NCBI GenBank assembly: GCA_951406725.2
Contig: OX597834.1
Span: forward strand, 8,370,001-8,434,000
Direction of reading: 5' to 3'
Length of the DNA stretch: 64,000 nt
Source of the DNA: Octopus vulgaris
Lineage: Eukaryota
The notes under the pieces were generated by a model. It was not told the DNA's origin. It was given only the letters and a program-made list of their open reading frames with translations, and did no database searches. This document shows, piece by piece, positions 55,505-64,000 of the stretch (the stretch's first letter is position 1; each line of letters starts with the position of its first letter). Position numbers and translations under genes: made by a program.

Positions 55505-55971
55505 AAGCACTCGGGTATTCAAGGAAATGTATTTGGCTTCTCCCGCAAAAATTGCTGGTCTTCTACCAAAATTTGAAACAAATATTGAAAGACTAACTGA
55601 AAACATCTTTATCACTCGCCAGACTTAATGAAACAGAAACGATATTCCGTGTCTCTCTTTAACGTTTAAAAGAAAAATACATCTATGAGACATTGGAGAG
55701 TATTTAGTCTTTTCCATATAAATATCCTGGGTAAATAATTTTATCGATAACGTGAATGTAATGTTCATCTTTAAGACTAAGTGAGAGTAAATTTAATTTG
55801 GAAATTTAACATATTTAACATGGATATGTAAACACAAACTTGAAACACTGTGTTTATTTCGCATACAGACATTCAGAGTGGGAGGCAAAACTTGTAAAAT
55901 TGCTGTAAGAGTTGAAACTCTCTCGTTCCGCACCAATAGATTTAGTAGATCAAAGTTAGGTTAATAACATT

Positions 55972-56127
55972 GGCTGTGTGGTAAGTAGCTTGCTTACGAA
56001 CCACATGGTTCCGGGTTCAATCCCACTGCGTGGCAAATTGGGCATGTGTCTTCTACTATAGCCTTGGGCCGACTAAAGCCTTGTGAGTGGATTTGGTGGA
56101 CGGGAACTGACCGAAACTCGTCGTATG

Positions 56128-56197
<70 letters not shown>

Positions 56198-56400
56198 TGT
56201 GTCTGTGTTTGTACCCCCAACATCACTTGACAAACGATGCTGTTGTGTTTACGTCCCCGTAACTTAGCGGTTCGACAAAAGAGACCGATAGAAATAAGTA
56301 CTAGGCATACAACGAATTAGTCCCGGGGTCGACTTGCTCGACTAAAAAGGTGGTGCTCCAGCATGGCCACAGTCAAATGACTGAAACAAGTAAAAGAGTA
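55972..56400 (+). mobile_element. SINE family A
   Basis: Match to other A copies. Confidence 0.88.
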
Positions 56401-56427
56401 TGTAATTACAAAACGAATAATTTATTT

Positions 56428-57135
56428 CATGTGGCCTCAGTATCCAACATTTTTCGGGTTTGTGGAAGTAGTCGGGCATCTCTCTTCCGTCGGAGGCAAA
56501 GAAACTGAAGGTCATTACCTAGGCTGGATATTTTATCCTGAAGGTGCCTCTGACGTCAGCTGTTGATTCCGCAATGTACCCGATTCTGTCACAAAATAAT
56601 CAACTGTGGAGATCTCGCCAGAGAAAATTTTCACAGTGGGCCCGTTTCTTTTTCAGGTATGTGTATAACGTTTTGAACCTCTCAGTCTACGGGATTCATA
56701 GATCCTGTCAGCAGGGACATCGGTGTCCTGGGGTAGTAATTGAGGCCTAAGTCACCATTTACAGCTCTCCTGATGGTCTTGATGTTTACTTCAATTTCAG
56801 AACCTAGATACCTTATGGATATGGCAGAGTCCATTGATATTTTGGACATAAGGAGTGTCAATGAAGACTTGAAGACTTTGATCATGCTTTTTGTTGGTCC
56901 CACCACTGCAGAGTTCCTCTGAATGCCGTCGCCTTTGTCCACTTTTTTTTCTTGAGGTTATAAAATGTGCGCAAGTATCGGATCGTCTACTGAACTAACC
57001 AAATCACATACCTTCTGACGTTTGTCTTCTCGTGCAGAAATATTCTCCGATATTTCTGAAAAAAAAAAAGGGGTTATCTTTTGCCGATAATGTATTCCTT
57101 GCACTGCATTAGGTTTCATATCATTTGGTACAGTG
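56428..57135 (-). pseudogene. Tc1/mariner-superfamily (maT/DD37D-like) transposase remnant
   Basis: KRQKVCDL..KGDGIQR..SIRYLGSEIEVNIKTIRRAVNGDLGL..LLT..VKIFSGE..TVD..KYPA.VM..ASDG.EMP, across frameshifts. Confidence 0.62.
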
Positions 57136-57266
57136 GAGTCTGGGAAATATTAGAGTAAAAGTTAATACAAGTTTTGCTTCCTCACCATGTACACATTTAT
57201 CTTATATGCATATGTATGTACGTACGTAAGTACTCACGTATGTATGTATGCATATATGCATGTATG

Positions 57267-57329
<63 letters not shown>

Positions 57330-57331
<2 letters not shown>

Positions 57332-57650
57332 TAATAAATATTAGGGAATAAATCCAAATTTACAGGGAAAATCAGATTTAGAATTGAATCCAATTTTATA
57401 GTAAAATATTAATTATATTAATTAGAGACAAAACCACTATTATGCAAATCAAACAAAGAAAGACTTAAGCCAATACATAAAAAAAATGTATATAAATTAA
57501 ATATAATTAAAGTAACCACTACGATCGTTTCGTGTCAGCACTTCTATGAGACATTCTTCAGGTGGTTTCAAAACCTTCTTTGCAAGTTTTAAACTATGAA
57601 CTAAATTTGAATGACAATAGTGGTTTTGTCTCTAATTAATATAATATATA
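57330..57650 (-). mobile_element. Penelope-like pLTR fragment with hammerhead and inverted terminal duplication, in (AT)n
   Basis: 57616-57645 is the reverse complement of 57412-57441; homologous to 15682-15935. Confidence 0.75.
57514..57567 (-). ncRNA. Type I hammerhead ribozyme with intact core
   Basis: aaccac CTGAAGA a-tgtc tcatagaagtgct gaca-c GAAA cgatcg TA gtggtt: 6-bp stem I, palindromic stem III, GUA triplet. Confidence 0.85.
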
Positions 57651-57657
57651 TACATAT

Positions 57658-58072
57658 ACTCTTTTACTTTTTTAGTCTTTCACTCGTTTCAGTCATTTGA
57701 TTGCGGCCATGCTGGAGCACCGCCTTTAGTCGAGCAAATCGACCCCGGGACTTAATCTTTGTAAGTCCAGTATTTATTCTATCGGTCTCTTTTGCCTAAC
57801 CGCTAAGTGACGCGGACGTAAACACACCAGCATCGGTTGTCAAGCGATGTTGGAGGGACAAACACAGACACACAAACATATACACACTCATACATATATA
57901 TATACAAATATACGGCGGGCTTCTTTCAGTTTCCGTCTACCAAATCCAATCACAAGGCATTGGTCGGCCCGAGGCTATAGCAGGAGGCACTTGCCCAAGA
58001 TGTTACGCAGTGGGACTGAACCCGGAACCATGTGGTCGGTTAGCAAGCTACTTACCACACAGCCACTCCTGC

Positions 58073-58074
<2 letters not shown>
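57658..58074 (-). mobile_element. SINE family A
   Basis: Match to other A copies. Confidence 0.9.
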
Positions 58075-58135
<61 letters not shown>

Positions 58136-58299
58136 ACAGGCAAGAAAAGGAATGATACACATTCGATGCTTCTAACGACAAAATAAAAATGTTCGTTTAC
58201 TCACACACACACTCATACGCATGCATTTATATGTATGTGTGTGTGTGTGTGTGTGCGTGTGTTTGTGCGTGAGCGTGTCTGTGTGTTTATGTTCAGTTG

Positions 58300-58500
58300 A
58301 AATAAAGACAACTTTACTTTTTATCCGATGAGTGTTCCTCGGTACAAATTTCCTATTCTTGATTAAGACCATCATTTTGACGGTAATTTCAAAGTTTCAA
58401 TCTGTACCCGATGATGGCTTGACGAGCCGAAATTTATGGGTCACAGTCAATGGTAATTTTGCTAAAAATTGTAAAGACAGCCGCGAGTGACTGTATTTGT
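58300..58500 (+). mobile_element. Short repeat with decayed hammerhead; second copy at ~59600-59720
   Basis: ctgtacc CGATGA tggcttgacgagcc GAAA tttatgggtcacag; the segment tattcttga..aagacca..ttttgac.gt..ttc.aagttt..atctgtaccc is shared with 59655-59710. Confidence 0.45.
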
Positions 58501-58514
58501 ACGTACGTATGTTT

Positions 58515-58745
<231 letters not shown>

Positions 58746-58901
58746 TATCTCTGTATCTATCTATCTAGCTGTCTGCCAGTCTTTCTGTCTGTCTCTCTGT
58801 CTATCAATCTATCTCTCTATTTATCTGCCTCTCTGTCCTGTCTATCTACCTGTCTGTCTATCCTTCCACCTATCTATATATTTATTCACACATACACAAA
58901 C

Positions 58902-58940
<39 letters not shown>

Positions 58941-59027
58941 TGTACGTATGCACTTGTATTTATATCTATCTATTCTATCTCCCATTTGTCTGTCTGTCTA
59001 TATATCGGGACATCTCTCTCTCTCTCT

Positions 59028-59058
<31 letters not shown>

Positions 59059-59461
59059 GAGAGAGATATTTACGTATGTATGTATGTGTGTATGTAGTTG
59101 CATTGTTTATGTGGTGGGTATAAAGAGTTATCTGTGAGGTTGCTCTTTAATTGTGCTTTTATAGCAAACTAACTGCAATAATGCAGCATGTATTTATCAT
59201 GAATAGATAATATTCTTCCGCATTTATTCTACAGAAACGGTATTGATCAATTTATTTAAAGTCCAGAATGAGATAGATTAGTAATAGGAATAACTATGCA
59301 AGCTGATGAGTGGCGAGGTACTCGGTACAAATGTAAACCATATAGGTCATTAAATATGGGTGCGAAGACAGGTCAATAAATTAGTGGACATGATCTTGGT
59401 TTGAAATGTCTGAAGAAGGTTGATATGTAGTTTATAAATATGCGCCACATACACACACACT

Positions 59462-59497
<36 letters not shown>

Positions 59498-59521
59498 CTA
59501 TACATACGTACACACAATAAA

Positions 59522-59561
<40 letters not shown>

Positions 59562-59934
59562 ATAATGTTTGTTTTCAGGTTTACTTATGACAAAAACAAT
59601 TCTAATTTATTCTGATGTGTGTTACTCTGTACTTTTTTGTAAAGTACAACTTTCTTATTCTTGAACAAGACCATTTTGACAGTGACTTCGAAGTTTGGAT
59701 CTGTACCCCAATGATACTCGCACAAACGTAGATACACATCCATACATACACCCATACATGTACCCACGTATATACACATACATGAACATACACATGTATA
59801 TACAGATACACATATACACATACACACTCACACATACACACACATATATATAGATAGATACACACACATACATATACACATACATTCTCAATTCAACCGT
59901 CCCTGACGTCTCTGTATCTGTAGCCAAGACCTTG

Positions 59935-62109
59935 AGTTTTAATATTTAGACCCTCTGTGGGTCATCACTGGTGATTTTTCTGGGCCTTAGTGGACTCAAT
60001 CTACTATAACATGTTGAGTTCTGTTCGCCAGGAGAAACTTAATCCAGTGTAGACGTTTTCACCGGATTCCAAAATTTGCGAAATGTGTGAGTAAGAGATT
60101 ATGGTAAACTCTGTCAGACGTTCTACTGAAGTCAATATATATGAGATCAGATTTCGAACCTGTTTCCAAGGCTTTAAGTATACTACCGATGTGGAGTAAA
60201 AGTCCCTGCCACAGAGAAAGCCATGCTGATTTGCATTTAGGATTTTCTAGACCTCCAGGTAGCCAGCTATCCTTGATCTTACCACTCTTTCAAACACTTT
60301 AATGATGTGGGAGGTGAGTGTGATTGGGTGATAGTTTACTGCGTGGGATGTGTTTCCCTGTTTGAAAAACCGGGGTGACAGACTGGGATAGGAGCTGTTT
60401 CGGTATATAACCTGAGTCTAAAGTATTTCTCCAGAGGCTGGTCAGAGGGACTGCAAATTGGTGTCTCCATTCCTTCAGGAGAGTAGCGGGGATTCTATCA
60501 AGGCCTACAGCAGAATTGTAGTTGACATCATTTATTCTTGCTATGATGTCTGAGGCAGTGATGGTTATGTCCGAGATTTTATGTTGGGATCTACTTCGTT
60601 CGCTTCTCTTATCAGTGGGAACACGAAAGTCAGAGCAGTATTGTTTCTGCAGTGTTTCTACCATTTCCTTAGCATCGTGTTGGGGAATGCCGTTATCATC
60701 GATCAATGGCCCATTGGGTGAGACAGCGGTTCTATGCTAGCTTGCATATGAATAGAACACTTTTGGGTTCTGTTTGATGTTTTTGATTACCCACTGTACC
60801 TCTGCAGCTCTTTCATTTTCAATGGAGATTTTCATATCGGTCTGCAGGTGAAGTTTTTTTTCCAACTCCAGCCGTTTCATTGTTGTTGAATGTGGATGTT
60901 GTATGTGGGAGTATTTTAATTGGTTGATTTTTTATTAAGTATTTTGATGCGCCTGATGAGTGTTTTTTTCTCTATAGGGAGGCTGTTTCTGTTTGCGTTA
61001 GTAGATTTCGTGCGTGTTTTAAGCATGTATAGGTGGCAATGTTCTCAAACTGAGTGGAATTGAGAATGAAGGATCGATCGATGAAGGGCAAATCCCTTAT
61101 GATTGCTCCCCAGTCCGCTTGGTGGAAGTTTATGTTGTCAAATTAGTGCAATGGAGAGGAATTGGCTGGCTTGGCTTTGATGTGCCTGAAATTAAAGTTG
61201 CAGAGTATCATAACGTGGTCTGCGAGGAATGTTTTCTCAACTGAAATACTGTGAACAGAGCAAGAGTGGTTGGTTAATATTAAATCCACGATCGTTTTAT
61301 TCTGTCTTGTTGGTTCGAGCACTAGCTGAGACAGGAAGAATTTATCCATTAGATTAAAGAGTAATTCTCCTGCTGCTTTATCTGATGTAGAGCATTTGCG
61401 TTACTCCAGAGTATTTGTGGACCAGTTTATATAAGGGAGTTTAAAATCACCCATCATCAGTATGTTTCCGGCGTTGTATTTTTGAAGGAAGGACTTGAGG
61501 CACTCTTCAAAGCACTTTAGAGATGTTTGATGAGGCCTGTAAAAACTAACAATGATTATGACGTTGGCCGTATTGAATAGTGATATGGATTCACAACAGC
61601 CATTCGAAAATATGTCCTTGGCATCAACTGAAAAGGAGTCATGGAGAAAAATGACTGCTACCCCTTTATTTCGGTCTGTGCGACCTGCACGAACGATGGT
61701 GAAATCTTTTATTTTCATCTCGGCATCCATAGGAGTGCTGTTTAAGTGAGTTTCTCTACGGATAAAGAAGGGATGCAATGTGTGTTTCGGCAAGGCAACT
61801 CCCTATGTATGGGACCTTCCATTTTGGGTCAGTGAGTGATGGGTTGATGAGTACATTTAACAGGAATGTAGAGCAAGGGTAGTATGAGGTTTGTATTGTT
61901 CTAAGAGCTCAGGGTTGTGTTATGTTATTCAGAGGTAGCAGTGAGGGTAGTTTTCGTATGGAGCTTTGTGTGTGTGAATTTCTAGTTGGTGGTGAGTTTA
62001 TGTTGCTTAATTTTTGCATAAATGGATGCTGATAGCCCATTGGATCTCCTGGCTTAGGTTCATATTTTCTAGATAAGTTAGTAAAAAAGATTTGCCTCTT
62101 TGGTTTGCC

Positions 62110-62110
<1 letters not shown>
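59935..62110 (-). pseudogene. CR1/L2-group LINE ORF2 remnant (APE endonuclease and N-terminal RT)
   Basis: FYRP, GDFKLPYINW, EPTRQNKTIVDLILTN, ADH (APE); KQNPKVFYSYA; GLDRIP..LLKE; NYRPITLTSHIIKVFER; NQHGF; DLIYIDFS..DRV.H. Truncated near the PQGS-equivalent motif. Confidence 0.92.
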
Positions 62111-62157
<47 letters not shown>

Positions 62158-62227
62158 AACATATATATAACATATAAATATATATATATATACATATAAA
62201 CATATATATATATATATACATATAAAC

Positions 62228-62260
<33 letters not shown>

Positions 62261-62266
62261 TATATT

Positions 62267-62324
<58 letters not shown>

Positions 62325-62358
62325 GATATATATACATATATACACACACATATATATA

Positions 62359-62400
<42 letters not shown>

Positions 62401-62771
62401 GAATAAGAAAATGGAGATATTGAAGTTCATGAGAGTTTATCATATCATCAAAAATCGGTGACTATCTTTTACAGCTGTTTCAATTAGGCACAGTGAAATT
62501 AAGAAATCATATTTCTGAGCTTAATCTCTTCAGAGAAATTATACCCTTAGAAATATTGTGTTAGTTGCTTGAGCCATCACGGCAGACTGAATAATACTCT
62601 TTATGATTAGTATTGATATACATTTAGGCTGTGGGGGTAACAAGTTTGTAATGGGTAAGATATAATATATATAAATATAATTAAGGTATGAAGGGTAGAT
62701 AAATACGTTGAAGATTAAATTATAATATTCATAAAGTGCAATATGAATGAGGTGGTAAATTAAATTACATA

Positions 62772-62867
<96 letters not shown>

Positions 62868-63147
62868 AACTTATGTATATATGAAGATATATTCCCACTT
62901 ACTATCACACAAACGTACATTTTTTTTTACTAATTCAAGATAAGTATGAATACACACTCATACACGTACAGATATATACACGCATACACACATACATATA
63001 CACAAATATATACATAACCACACATACATACATAGATATGTGTATACATACAGACAGGGAGGTTCACAATTATTTACATGCATTTACTCGTATGTACGTA
63101 TATGTCATCATATATACACTGTATATCTTCGCACGAATGCATGTATT

Positions 63148-63555
63148 ACTCTCTCTTTTACTCTTTTACTTGTTTCAGTCATATGACTGCGGCCATGCTG
63201 GAGCACCGCCTTTTAGTCGAGCAAATCGACCCCGGGACTTATTCTTTGTAAGCCCAGTCTCTATCGGTCTCTTTTGCCGAACCGCTAAGTGACGGGGACG
63301 GAAACACACCAGCATCAGTTGTCAAGCAATGCTAGGGGGACAATCACAAACATACAAACACACACACATACATATATACATATATATATACATATATACG
63401 ACAGGCTTCTTTCAGTTTCCGTCTACCAGATCCACTCACAAGGTATTGGTCGGCCCGGGGATATAGCAGAAGACACTTGCCCAAGATGCCACGCAGTGCG
63501 ACTGAACCATGTTGTTGGTTAGCAAGCTACTTACCACACAGCCACTCCTGCACCT
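63148..63555 (-). mobile_element. SINE family A
   Basis: Match to other A copies. Confidence 0.9.
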
Positions 63556-63704
63556 ATATACATATATATATACATACAATCTTTTATTAGTATTCACTTA
63601 GATATACACTTATCACGTACAGATATTTAAACCCGCTCACATGAACGTAAGTACGCTTATGTACATGTAAATCCGTATATAAGAAAAAAGGAAATGCACC
63701 AAAG

Positions 63705-63965
63705 AACTTCCCAACAAAATAGTTCGAGGTTCAGTTCCACTGCGTGGCACCTTCGGAAGGCGTCCTGTACGACAACATCGGGCCGACCAAAATCTTGTGA
63801 AGGGATTTCATTGACGGAAACTTAGTAACTTAGTGGTTCGGCACAAGAATTCGATACATTAATTAAGTACAAGTTTACAAAGGATAATTCCTAGGGGACA
63901 TTTGTTCGAATAAATGTGGTGCTACAGCATGGCCACAGTCAAATCCCTGAAACGAGTGAAAGAAT
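63705..63965 (+). mobile_element. Old SINE A-related copy lacking the central microsatellite cassette
   Basis: ggttcagttccactgcgtggcacctt...gacggaaact joined to gtaacttagtggttcggca...cagcatggccacagtcaaat. Confidence 0.7.
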
Positions 63966-64000
63966 AAATATGTGAATATATATATATATATATATGCATG

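Overview
AT-rich, microsatellite-saturated eukaryotic DNA. The repeat repertoire looks like an octopus/coleoid cephalopod genome (inferred from tRNA-SINE families and (AT)n density, not proven). I find no supportable host protein-coding exon, tRNA/rRNA gene or CRISPR array; nearly all ORF-track entries are translated microsatellites or SINE sequence. The window is a layered transposon landscape: three tRNA-derived SINE families (here A, B, C), remnants of Tx1/L1, CR1-group, RTE and R4/Dong-type LINEs, two Helitrons, Tc1/mariner remnants, nested MITEs, hammerhead-ribozyme-bearing Penelope-like fragments (several folded into palindromes) inside (AT)n tracts, and two minisatellites (37 bp and ~43 bp). 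Best candidate for an undescribed system: a Tx1-clade LINE inserted with a 13-bp TSD at the motif GTATTTCGTCTG in the head of SINE B. A younger SINE B subfamily (B1) shares that LINE's 3' end and repeatedly sits at the same motif in other SINE B copies, forming single-headed tandem arrays. This suggests a self-targeting SINE/LINE pair. All calls are by eye; coordinates of degenerate elements are approximate.
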